From positions 2,963,659-3,027,658 of the forward strand of contig OZ316895.1 of assembly GCA_973895155.1 (NCBI GenBank): DNA of 64,000 bases, read 5' to 3'. Below the pieces are notes generated by a model, which saw only the letters and a program-made list of their open reading frames with translations, was not told the origin of the DNA and made no database searches. Positions 37,753-49,717 of this stretch are shown one piece after another. Made by a program: the position numbers and the translations under genes. Each line of letters opens with the position of its first letter. Position 1 is the first letter of the stretch. This stretch comes from Marsupella aquatica (taxonomy: Eukaryota > Plantae > Marchantiophyta).

Positions 37753-38894
37753 GGCTGGTGATGAGAGGAACGTACTACGGGCTGAGAACTTAAAAAAAAT
37801 CTTGAGCCTAAAAACAAATCTTGACCCTATCGAAGCTCGAGCCTAAACACAAAATCTTGACCCTATAAAATCTCGAGGAAAAAACCTAATCTCGATCCTC
37901 TGCAATCTTGAGGTTAATAGAAGGATCTCGAGGCAAGAGCGCGAAACGATCTAGAGGCAAGGAGGCAAGGGACGCGAGGAGGCGAAGAGGCAAAGAGGCG
38001 AGGAGGCAAATGTGAAAATGGGGAATTCAAAACCCCTGAAGCCACTATAAGCCCCTCGGGGGTCGGCCTTGGCCGTGCCAAGCGTGCCAGGGCTCGTGCA
38101 GGCTCAGGCAGGCTGCCACGCAACCTACTGGGTGCGTACAGTCATTATTACGGTCACACGTGTTGTCATTATTGTTATCCGTACTTCAGCCCTGCCGCAA
38201 GTTTAGCCGTGACACAAGTTCAACCATTCCGTCTTATTGCCCTTTTTGTCTGTCAGGGTTTTATATATTGCTTCTCCTTGCTCTTCAGCGGGTCATTCTT
38301 CTCATTTTGTTTCACCGCTCGCTCGTTTCTTCCTCTGCCTCTCTGCTCTCTCTCCCTCTCCCTCTCTCTGGCTCTAGATTTGTGCTCTGATCTCTTTCTG
38401 TTGTTCTTTTCAAGGGTTTTGGAGTCTACGTTTGTGTTTAGGATATTTCGAGAAATTGTCATTTTAAGCCCCGAAGGAGGTCTGAAATAATTGAGCTCCT
38501 ATCTTTTAGAAAACCGAACCTTTTCAGCTTATACTAATGTCGGTCAAAATCCATTTGGAAGCCTTTTCCCTCTATTTGATGGCCTTTTAGAAGCTTTTTC
38601 TCAGTGTCTGGAAGTAAACTGGGAGCCTACTTTCTTAATTGCACCAAATCATTCCTCTAGATCATCTAGAGCCATTTATATGTTCTTATTTTGGGTGGCT
38701 TATTATTCCTAATAGTTTCTTTGTCAAATACAATGTCCTTTTTGGCTCGAGATCATCTCGAGTCATAAGTTTGGTCCTCAAACTTATTCACTTTCCCCTT
38801 CTTTCTAATGGTGCATTTGGTTTTCCTTCTTATAATAAATGTTTTTAGAGTGTCGGAGGTATAGAATCTTAGTTCGATATTCAGTGAGATTCAT

Positions 38895-39130
38895 ATTTGA
38901 CCTCGAGATCGTCTCGAGCTAAATACTTCTGAATTTTTACATATTGGTGTTTTTGGTCCCTTTTCTACCTCGAGATCGTCTCGAGCTAAATACTTCTGAA
39001 TTTTTACATATTGGTTGTTTTGGTCCCTCTTCTACCTCGAGATCGTCTCGAGCTAAATACTTCTGAATTTTGACGTATTGGTGTTTTTGTCCCTCTTCTA
39101 CCTCGAGATCGTCTCGAGGTAGAAGAGCTT
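38895..39130 (+). repeat. Tandem ~67-bp repeat, each unit carrying the CTCGAG palindrome
   Basis: Palindrome cores at 38902, 38969, 39036 and 39102 with near-identical spacers. Confidence 0.9.
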
Positions 39131-39232
39131 CTTATTTTCTCTATCACACAATTTTGTGGGATAAACTTCTACACTTGGGTTTTTGTAGTCACTTTACCTC
39201 GAGATCATCTCGAGGTAACTACATCCAACGGT

Positions 39233-42200
39233 TTGGGCCACGTTTTCAAAATGGGGAGTTTCTCTCGAGGGGACAAGGTGTGCCTCGTAATCGACGGAGT
39301 GGAAGTTGCTTGCGGGACGGTCCTCAAGGTTGACCCGGGTGACTCAGTGCGTAATGTTGATTTGGGAAGTAATCGTATAGGAGTTCTCATTGAGAAGTGC
39401 TATGAGGGATCACGGGAAATTCCTTACCCTTTGCCGCCGATCAGGACCCTGTTTGATGCTGTCGACTCTTGCATTATTTGGGATGCCCCTTTTGCATATT
39501 TGAAGTCACAGTCAACTCCAGCGACAACGAAAATGGATGCCTCCTGTTCTACAAAGGATACGGTTCTGGGTTTTGTACCAGAGAAATCGTCGGTGGAAAG
39601 TTTTGGAGACTTGATTGTATCTGGCGATGAAGTCGAGGTCTGGATCGGCAGTCAGATTGTGGCTCGTGGATTTGTGTTCAAGACGAATCCCGATGAGACA
39701 TGTCACAATGAAAGACTTGGCACTTCTAGGATTAGTGTGAAAATATGTGAAGTCTTTCAAGGAAGGGAGAGGTTACCCTTTCCTCACAATGGAGCCGATA
39801 CCGTTCAGGAAGCATTGGATACTTTTATATTGTGGAATTTAAAGGATGTTACTCGGAGGAGTTCTTCCCGGGATATGCTAAACAACCTGTCCAGACAGGA
39901 TGTTTTTTCAAATTATAATTTCAAGGATTATAGTTTGCGTTCTAATTGGATGACCGAGGAGGTGGAATTGTATGCTGAGGATAATCAGACCAAAGTGGGG
40001 GTTGGCATCATCACAGTTCCTTTCGAGTCAGGTGCAATTGATGATGATGTTCTTGGACCAGATCACGTTGGGGTTGCTGTCACACGCGTGATTGACCCTC
40101 TATTTTTCCCAAATATCTCCCCAGGTGTGCCTGGTCTTGTTAGGTGGGCCGTCCGTTCACTTTTGCTGATATCAAGGGGTATTTTTCTTCTGGATCTCAT
40201 TGAAGAGGTTTCTCCGAAACCAATTATTGATGGTCGAGATCATCTAGAGGTAGATATGAAAGGTGACACTGAGTTTTTGAAGCGCCCGTATAATTTCATC
40301 AAGAGAACAAAGGTCAACCCAGATGAAAAAAGGAAGAAGCACTTGGAGTCTCGGGCGATACTGAAAATCACAGAGGAGGAAATCGACTCCATCCAAAGAG
40401 AAGGTTGTTGTAAGTTGAAGTGTTGCCTCAGCATGCCGAGAGAAGACCTACAAGAGATAAGGAGGGAATACCATGGGATGTCAAGCGACAACAAAACCAG
40501 TCACATTCTCACTCTTTTTGGCTGTAGGGAGAAGGAAGTGGAGACAAAAGGATATTTTGTTGTAAGAAGTAGACTTGTTTGCAAGGGTGCATTTATTAAA
40601 ATGCATGGATTCAGCACTGCCAAGTATTATGATTACAAAAATCAATATGAAGCAGGTTGCACGGTTGGATTCCACGGAAACAAGGGTTCACACAAGACAC
40701 GGGGAAGCACCTTGCATGCTCGTGCTTTGTTGGAGTCCATTCTAACCCAAAACGGAGAACCCATGCCGCATCTTCCCTATGGAGGGTCTCACGGGACTGA
40801 CACGGTTGAGTACAGACTTCCATCTTGTTTCACGAAGAAAGAGATTTTTGAGGAGGTATACTCAAAAATGGAATTAGATGGCTACGTGAAGGTGAGTGAA
40901 AACACTATGTATAAACTCTGGAGTGAGTCCTTCATGAATTTTGACTTTCACAAGGGAAGTGCATTTGCAAAGTGTACACTTTGCACTGAGTTCAAAGATC
41001 AGTTGATGCGGGAGAAGAGAAAGAAAGAGCGTTTAGAGATTGAGGAAAGAAGAGCTCGCCATCTTCGTGAGCAAATGTCTAGGAGATATGTTTACTATGC
41101 TCATAGGGTTCTTGCGAAGAAGGATCCTGAGAACTATCTTTGCATTATACATGACAAGATGGACCAGGCCAAGACATGGATCCCTAGGTTGGTCCCCACT
41201 CCTAAATCATTGTCTGGTAGTGGTCAACCGCTCCCCATTGCGCTCACTGGGATGTTGACCCATGGAAGGGATCCCGGAGTGTATGCTCACTTCAGTTTTA
41301 CTGGGCTTTGGCCAGGAGATGCAGACTTCACAGTGACATCATTGGCCAAGTGCCTTAGAGATCTGGAGGATTACAAGGGGGACAAATCTGGAGACCTCCT
41401 TGAAGGATTATATTGGGCTGCAACGAGGCCAATTTTTCAATCTCTTTTGGACTTTGAAGCATTTCTTGCAGGTTACTTAGAACCCAAAAAAGTCTCAATT
41501 GCTAGATTTCAAGAGCTGAAGATGACCAAGACGACTTTGGTGTTGATTTCAAGGCTACGTCTACCTCTTTCAAACCATTGCCAAGGCACCTGACCTTGCA
41601 AATGGATAATTCAGGGAAAAATAACAAAAACCAGTACGTGATGGCATTTTGCAGTGAGCTTGTTAGTAGAGGGGTTTTTGAAACAGTGTAGATGTCATTT
41701 CTCATGGTTGGTCACACCCATGAGGATGTCGATGCATTGTTTTCAAAAGTATCCAACCAAGTGAAGTACAAGGAGGTTTCTACCCTCTTGGGGTTGATGG
41801 CTGAGGTTTGGGAGTGTGAAAGCATTCATCCTGTGCCACGGTTGATCCAAGAGGTTGCAACTTACAAAGAGTTTTTGAAAACTTTCAAGGTAAAAGACAT
41901 AGAGGGTCACTCAAAACCAGTGGCATTTCTTTTCTCTATGAGAGATAATGTTCCAATATATCAATACAAAGCACATGTGAAACAACCTTGGGACCCTCCA
42001 ACCGGAAGGTCCATTTGGAGAACTGATTCCAACACCAATGCTCTCATTTTACCAGAAGGTCAACCGTTTGCAAAACCCATCTCCGGGGATGTACGAGGCA
42101 AGGTTGAAGAAATCATCCCACTCCTTAATCGTTACATTGAGTTTTTGAAGAAGAGCTGTAAGGATGAGACCTCTATAGCATATCATGAGCGGTTTCCTTT

Positions 42201-42939
42201 GGTGAAATATTGGGAGATGGTGGTGCAAGTATTATCTGGGGAGCTTACAATTGAAGGGGAGGCAGAAATACAGTTAGCATTGACATATGAATTCTGGCCA
42301 AAAACCAACCACGGAACTGGTTACAAGGTTAATAGTACAGGAACCTCTGAACCATTGGGGGAGCCTAGTAGTAGTACACAGAATCCACAAATGGTGGAGC
42401 TTCAGAATGAGTACCTGGAAGAGATGGAGGATCAAGCTGCAACATTTGTTGGTGCTCGACACGAGCGAGAACTTGCACGTTGGATTCCTCTGCAGGACAT
42501 TCAAGAGGGTCACTTTGTATTTCTCCGTCCAGAGGATGAATGGGAAAAGAAGAATGGGAAAGAAAATTTCTGGTTGGTGAGAGCTTTGGGTGTTGTGGAC
42601 CCAAACCATGAGGTTCCTTCAGAAGACTTGCAATGCAATGAGAATTCTCCTACTAGTACACGGTATGCTCCTATGTTCCAAGTGCAATGGTGGAGGCCTA
42701 AACATGGTAAGCATGATGCACCGGATCATGTGCAATATTCACGTTGCTTTCAGACCACTAAGACTTGGGAGGTGGATCCTGGGTTTGACAGTGCCACTGA
42801 ACGTTGGCAATTTGCTAATTCTGCTATGTATGGATTCAAGTCACGCTCTAGAGAAGAAAATATAATTGATAGAGGTTTGACCATTCCCAAGAATATTTTG
42901 AAAACACTCAAAACCTACATGGAAGGGATTGTTGAGTAA
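39233..42939 (+). pseudogene. Sola-like DDD transposase with three N-terminal Tnp1/En/Spm-like beta-barrel repeats; one frameshift and one stop
   Basis: Motifs FAKCTLC, HDKMDQAK, LQMDNSGKNNKN, SFLMVGHTHEDVDALFS. Frameshift at ~41515; TAG at 41689-41691. N-terminal repeats of the form VA.G.V...P......LG...I.V.I.....LP.P....TL..A....I.W. Confidence 0.8.
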
Positions 42940-43890
42940 GTCAAATGTTTTTTAGTAGTCACTCTGTCAGAGTGAGGGAGTCTAGTATGTCAATTAGTTT
43001 GGAATTAGACATGTCAGAGTGAGGGAGTCTATGTCAATTAGTTTGGAATCAGACATGTCTTTAGTACTTACTGAGTGTTGGTTAGTACTAAGTACTAGTA
43101 TATCTATTTAAGGAACTAATTATTATAATATTTTGGGATACTAGTTTGAATAGGTGGAGGTAATTGGACTTGGATACCTTTATAATTGCTTCAATTAATT
43201 ATTATATCAATACAGACTATATATTACATGAAGTCTTAATATCCATGATAGGATGTGAGTGCCTCTTAGTACTGTCTAGTAAACCTTAGTTTCAACTCGA
43301 GTTGCTTAGAATGTACTAACAAATTACTTGTCTGAATGGATATTTAAACTAAACCCTAAGTAGAAGGTTAATTTAGCTAGCTAAGGGTAGAGATCATATT
43401 GAAGCTTTACTAGTTATATGGGTAGAGATCATATTGAAGCTTTACTAGACACTTATATTCTATTAGTCAAATTGAATCAATGTAAGTAAATTCTACTTCT
43501 TATCCAACATATTTTACATTATTATCACCCAAATGTTTTTCTTTAGAATCCAAATTAATATTTCATTTTCTCCTATGTACAATCTTGATCCCCCAAATGT
43601 ACAACTCCCACTGCCCAAATGTACAATTCTTGTGCCCAAATATATATTTTTTGGTGCCTAAATGTCCAAAGATCAAAGAATTTTCCAGTTTTAATGAATA
43701 GACTGATAATTGTACCATCCATGATATATGAGAATATTTTTCATTCCCATTATGTGGCAAAGTTTCGCAAGCTGGCATTGTATTTATGTATGTCTTGGTT
43801 GGTCTGTGTTCAGGTTGCACTGTGTAGTTGACTTCATCTGGGAGGGAGGTTTGCAGATCGTTGGAGCAGGTGCTATGATTCACCTTATCT

Positions 43891-44640
43891 TTGTCTATGG
43901 ATTGCCAACTATCATACATGTCCCCCTCATATGTGATGTGCTTTGTGATGATTGCAGTTGTAACCATGCCGACAAGGAATTCAAACATGAAGAAAGCAAC
44001 ACAGTCCTCTGACAAAGAAGCCTCTTTAGAAGAGGTATTGCGTATTCCGTTGTTCTCTGAGCAAGAGATTCTACAAACTAGCCCTCATGTTTGTGCAATT
44101 TGTGAGCATGGTGGGAAGTTGGTAATTTGTGATGGGCCATGTCACAGGCAATTTCATTATGTGGTTGGAGATGAAGCCCCTAATGACTCTTGCCCCTGTG
44201 TAGTCCTTCCCCTCCATCATGGAGGGAAGCCATGGTTTTGCCCAAATTGTAACCAGGACCAGGCCATGTGTTATGGGTGCCGCACTGTGGGACTGTCACC
44301 TACAATTGTGCGAAAATGCTCTGATCATTTTTGTGTACGATTTTATTGCTTTGGGTGTTTGGTAGCCGATGCAAAGTCCTGCCCACTACATACATGTGTG
44401 ACATGTTATCAGAGTCTTGAGGGTCAGATGGTCAAGAACATGGTACAATGTCTACGATGTCCAAATGCCTGGCATACAGATTGTCTCCAGATGATCAAAA
44501 GCAAAGGGTTTGCTCATGATAGGGACATCTGGGAACATGAAGCACATGGACAACAGCGACAGATGTTTTATTGCCCCCGTCATCCTATTGATCCACACCT
44601 CAAGACTCCAATCAGGGACCACATTTCATGGCTCCAGTGA
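43891..44640 (+). CDS. EDM2/NSD-type triple PHD-finger protein (P-like element cargo)
   Basis: CAICEHGGKLVICDGPCHRQFH...WFCPNC...CPLHTC..C...CLRCPNAWH..CL...YCPRHPIDPHLKTPIRDHI matches the EDM2 PHD cassette. True start may be 43966. Confidence 0.8.
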   Translation: MSMDCQLSYMSPSYVMCFVMIAVVTMPTRNSNMKKATQSSDKEASLEEVLRIPLFSEQEILQTSPHVCAICEHGGKLVICDGPCHRQFHYVVGDEAPNDSCPCVVLPLHHGGKPWFCPNCNQDQAMCYGCRTVGLSPTIVRKCSDHFCVRFYCFGCLVADAKSCPLHTCVTCYQSLEGQMVKNMVQCLRCPNAWHTDCLQMIKSKGFAHDRDIWEHEAHGQQRQMFYCPRHPIDPHLKTPIRDHISWLQ

Positions 44641-45135
44641 TCTGAATAATGAACAAACCTATTACTTAGGTTTCAACGTCGTAGTGGGGTATGAGCAAGG
44701 CAAATACTTAAGCTGCATCATGGGTGGTAGTACCCAATTTTATTAGTGTTGACATTTTGTCATAATTAAGGTCACTAATAGTGCTGCATTTTGATGAGCA
44801 GAAGCACTAAACCTCGGGAACTGTTAGAAAAGCAGGCGAAAAGGATATTTTGTCCAAAGATATTTTATCCAACTTTAACGGTATATCTTGATTTTCACTG
44901 AATACATTTGCATGTATGACGGATTGCATTATAAAGTGTTTTGGCCTATTAGCACTTCTATTGTTAAATGTATGCTGACATTATGTACATTACATGAGAA
45001 TGTGTATGTTGTCATTGCATCTCTTGAAGATCCTAATGTGTTTCCCTTGTGTGTATTTCAAATGTATTTGTGCAGGTCTTTCTGTTATCGACTCCAAAAG
45101 CAATGGTGCTATGCATGTTCTAGATTTGTATTGCA

Positions 45136-48100
45136 ATGGCAGCCCCTAAACCCAACTCTGTTAAATTAATACGCAAAGTTGGGGATGACAAGGCTGATTT
45201 ACCAATCTGTGTTTTGTCATTCAAAGAAGGACACACCCTACATGATTTTAGGGCTCGTATTGCCTCTACTCTAGACTTTGACTTTGATTTTTGGGATGAG
45301 AGACTTCCTGGTCGAGTGAAACTTGTACATGAGAAATTAATTGATCTGTCTGAGCTGGATGGAAGAGTTATTGTTGTACAACAAGAACTTGGAGATGGTG
45401 GGAGGATCCCACCAGTACCCTGTCATCCTTGCACTCCTGCATCATTGGGTCCAAATACTGGGACACCACAACTGGGGCCAACAGCACCAACACCCTCCCC
45501 TGTAAGGGCTTCTTTTGAGTCACAATTGATGGGAGATGTCCCATCAAAGCTATGGAAAGATGAGTGGATGAGGTTAGAGAAATGGGTACATAAGAAGGGT
45601 TATGGTGATCACAATTGGAGAATTCGTACCTGGGATGAGGGGACAGATGTTCGAGGGCATCTGGAGTGTCTTGAATGTAGGGAAACTTATGGCAATGCAG
45701 ACAACTCTCAGAACCCTAAATCCATCTCCAATTGCTTTAGTAATTTTAAGACCAAACACTTGGTCTTCAATAAGCACAAGGATAACTATTGTCGGAGGAG
45801 GGGCATTCCTTCTACTTTGGTTCAGGTAGCAGACATCTCTGAGAAGCCAGAATATGATCATGCAGATGCCATCAAAGTAGGTGTTGAGATAGTTCAGCGA
45901 TTGAATGTTGAGCTTGGGGATGATGGCAAACTATTCTCTATTGTTCCTGATCCCAGTACTCCTGAGTATGTAAACAGGTCTTTCCTGTTTAAGGTTCGTT
46001 GTACTGTCTGTGGAATGCTTCACACTGACTTGTGCCCCAAGAAGCTTACCTTGGAGCCCAATTTGAGGACACACTTAGTGAGTCGAGATCACTTGGATGC
46101 ATTGGAGACTAGGCATGACACAAAAATGCTTGCCTTGAGGTCTGGGAAGAGGGGCAGGCCAAAGAGGACTGATTCTAGGGACCTACATCCTGGTCAGAGC
46201 GGGATTTTGAAGTTCTTTAAAGATGATGGGTCCCGGACAGGCAGCAGTTCAGGTTCAGGTGTGTGTGAATCTGTTGATCTTGGTCTGAGTTTGCTTTGCT
46301 GGGGATTATGGGTAGAGAGAGGTGTACCTCGACTGTTATGGAAGGGTATATCTTATGATATTTCTGGCATTTTGGATGATCAGTCTGGGGGAATTACATG
46401 GCATTGTGAGCCAAGTTGTTGCTTGGATGTTTTCCATCCAAGTAGAGAGAGTGTTGTGAGTATAGCAGGCTGTTTTAGACACAAGGATTGCTTGAGGTTA
46501 TCACAGAATGGAGGAGGATTTGAAAATCTAACTTGTAGTGAATGTGATTCTATAACACTAGAAGATGATTTTCGTGGACGGGTGCACAGGGAAGCGGAAG
46601 CAGTAGTCCACAAAGGGAGCCGAACCACTGTTGGTGGTATACGTTTGGATTATTTGACCAACACAGAGTTAAGAGATCAAGTGCACAAGCTGAACTCTGT
46701 GCGACGAAAAGAGCGTTGGTTGTTAGCTTTGCAGGCTCAGAAAGTATGTGCCTTGAGCACCAGGAAACGAAAACTAGAGGAGTTGTTAGGAGTTGCAGCA
46801 GACAGGAAGGATTTGAGATTGTTTCTTAGGAGTATTTTGAATGGACACAGGAATGGTGCATTTGGTGGTAAGGAGGGTTTGTGGGATTTCTTGAAGGATG
46901 TAGCTCGCAATTTAGGCAGGAAGCCAAAAGGTAAATAATCGTTATAGTAATAGGACTCGAGCTATTGCTCAGGCTATGTTCCAATTTGGGGGCCGTCAAG
47001 TTGCTCATTGTTTTGCACGAAACTTGACAGCCCCTAGCCTTGTGACCCTAAAACGTGATAGAGCAAAACTCACACCTTTTTGAACCGGGTTACGGAAGGA
47101 AACCTTTCAGGAGATTGCTAGAGTGTTGTCTGCTGCAAAGCACTCATTGGGCATTGAGGGGGATGTGCCTGTTATCTTTGCTGAGGATGAAACAAGGATC
47201 AAAGAACGCCCTAGGTAATTGGAATTGGACATTTTTCCAATTGTTTTTTTAATGACTTTACAAGTAGCACTTGGCTGGAATTGCTGTGATATTGAAAAAT
47301 TGCATGTTTGTGTTTCAGGTGGGAGGCAAAGTATGATACTCTCATTGGTTTCTGTGGACCTTCAGAGCAGCATGTATGCTCCTATGGTTTGGAAATTCTA
47401 GTTGGTGAAGGTGATGAGGGGTATGATAAAATTGTAAGTACATTTGAACAATGCCCCAAGTGCATGTATGCCCGAGTTGTGATTGTGAATCCTCTGCATG
47501 AGTCCTTACCTAAATTGGCTGTGTGTGCACTTCCAACTTGTAATAAGTTCACAGCTTCTTGGGTACGAGAGCATTGGGTCCAGTTAAAGGCTTTTTGGGA
47601 TGAATATTGTAGAGCTATGGTAGGCCCTTTGCTTGGACATGCTAGTGATGGTGATGCACGTCGCCGAAAGTTGATGCTGGAAGATTACAGAGGGCAGAAT
47701 GGATCATACCCAAGGTACGGAGTTGGGTGGGAAGGGTGGACATACTCTGTTTCAATTCTACCAAATGGGGATTTGTATGGCTTTGGTGACCAAGACCAAC
47801 CTCATAATGGGAAAAAGATGATAAACCCCTTAGACAGAGTGTCTTCTTTACTGGTGCTAGGAGATCAACATGCATCTTTATCTTATGTAGCTAATGTCTA
47901 CAATCATTATCCAATTCATGAACATGGCATGGCTTGGGATGATGTGAATAGGACTGACCGGCAGAATTGGGCAGGTCCACAACGAATAGCAGCAAGAAGA
48001 GTGCAGCAATGTCTGAAATATATGTATGAGAGGAGAGATGTACGACATGAACGAAGTTTAGGAACTCAGTTGTACTTGGAGATTTGTGCAAATTACTTAG

Positions 48101-49717
48101 ATATTTTCTTTTCTCCAGTTCATGATTTGAGGTCCCGTATTGTGTTAGCATCCAAGGTTTCATTCTTTCTACGTTTGTGGAGATTGTGGTTGAGGTTTGG
48201 TGACCATTCAGTGGGTGGGAACTTTGCAGCACACACTGAGAAAGACATGATGTCTATTCAGGCTTTTCATGATGTTAACATGTCATGTCATTTCATTGTG
48301 CTGTTAATTTGTGCCTTTCGAGATAAGTTCCCACATCTAGGTGTTCCCTTCCACTTGCTAGGTTCGGATTGTTGTGAGATTTTCTTCAGCAAGGTAGGAG
48401 GCATGAGTGGCCATGAGCAAAATTATGATTTTGGCTCTCTGTTGGATAGTGCTGTTGGACTGAACCGGCTTGCTGCCCTAGAATATGGACCAGAAAGCTT
48501 GAAGATAGGTCGTTCACATAAGAAACAAGATCATGTATGGGGGAAGATTCATCCTATTGGGGAAGGGGAGGAAGCACCAAATCTACTTGACTATTCTCTC
48601 ATTGAGACTAATGAATTAGTGGTTGCAGCCCTTAAAGAAGGTTTTGTTGCTGCTAAGGATCTTATGCATCAATTGCAGATGTCTCCACGAAGTTCCTTAC
48701 CAGCAGCTAGAAAGAGATGGTGGACATGTCCTTGGGTTGTGGAAAGTGAGACCTGGCCACTAGAGGTGGTTCTGAAGGAAACAATTGTTTGTAATGATTC
48801 TGAGGAGCAAGTAGAGCACCAACCACCAGACATAGGTCCTCGCCCAACTGGAGATTTTCATGAATTGGAAGATCCTGAGGATGATCTGAATAGAATAGAT
48901 GCATGGTTAACAGAACCAGATCTCATTGTTGTTCCTGAGATGCATTCAGATGATGTACACAAAGATGATATACAGTTTGATGTAGACCCCTCAGATGAGC
49001 TTGAGACACTAGGTCACGAAGTTCGGCATGTGTTTGGATCAGTTGTCCATGCTGTAACTAATGTGCAGAATCGTACCAAGGTAGTGCCTACTGTTACTTA
49101 TGAAGGCAAGGTGATTTACAAATCCACTCTGGTAAGCCAGCTGGTAGGAAATCTGCATTTGTCAAAAGATAGGCTGACAAGGGTGAAACAAGTGCTATAC
49201 TATAGTACTGGCAAGAGAAAAGTGCAAGAAGCCAATCCTAACTCATGTTTTGTTGATGTTGGCACTGATTGTGCAATTGCATTTGAGTCTGATGATAATC
49301 CTGCTCCAAGTACTAGATCTGGAAAAAGAAAGGGAGGAAAGAATAAGGCTGTAGGCTGTGGAGGAGGCAATCTCAGCAGGTAAGAAATATTTTTGGTTGG
49401 GTCGGATTGTCCAAATGAGACAGAAGTATGGTAGTAGGTGGGGCAATTGTCGATCACCAATTGATTTGATGGATAGGCCAACTCCACTCGCAGGGCAATC
49501 AGGTAGCATTTGTGAACTGTTGTTAAATTGGTATAGTCCTATTGGTAAGAGCAAAAGTGAATTCAGATATGATACCACTGATTTGAAATGGATGGATATT
49601 GAAATGGTCATTGCTAGTGTTAGTTTAACCATGAAAGAAGGGGTTATGGATCGTATCTATGTGTTGGATCCAATAGATAGACTTGCATTGGATCAATATC
49701 TTCAAACAATGGTATGA
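45136..49717 (+). pseudogene. P-element-like DDE transposase with N-terminal C2H2 zinc fingers and AT-hook; disrupted
   Basis: Motifs IFAEDET, HASDGD, QDQPHNGKK.INP, DRQN, GT.LYL, LLGSDCCEIFFS; RGRPKR AT-hook. Frameshifts at ~46935 and ~49360, TGA at 47081, intron 47215-47318. Confidence 0.8.

Larger units (their letters stand above)
31489..40249. repeat. Dispersed 17-bp palindrome CTCGAGA-N3-TCTCGAG, about 20 copies
   Basis: Core starts at 32613, 33407, 35121, 35214, 36796, 36907, 36955, 37143, 37423, 37522, 37585, 38655, 38746, 38902, 38969, 39036, 39102 and 39198; variants at 31491 and 40233. Confidence 0.92.
30919..43707 (+). mobile_element. Sola-like TIR transposon (12,789 bp) with ParB-MTase and FCP1-like cargo, nested in the P-like element
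   Basis: TIR ATCACCCTATTCATTAAAACTGGAA versus the reverse complement of the right end, ATCAGTCTATTCATTAAAACTGGAA (2 mismatches). Flanked by AATT at 30915-30918 and 43708-43711. ~22-bp CCCAAA-containing subterminal repeats near both ends. Confidence 0.8.

Noticed and set aside
36796-39214. Palindromic repeats as a CRISPR array
   Set aside because: Spacing is irregular (about 30-260 bp between neighbours), the regular part has near-identical spacers, copies sit in spliceosomal introns, and no cas genes are present.
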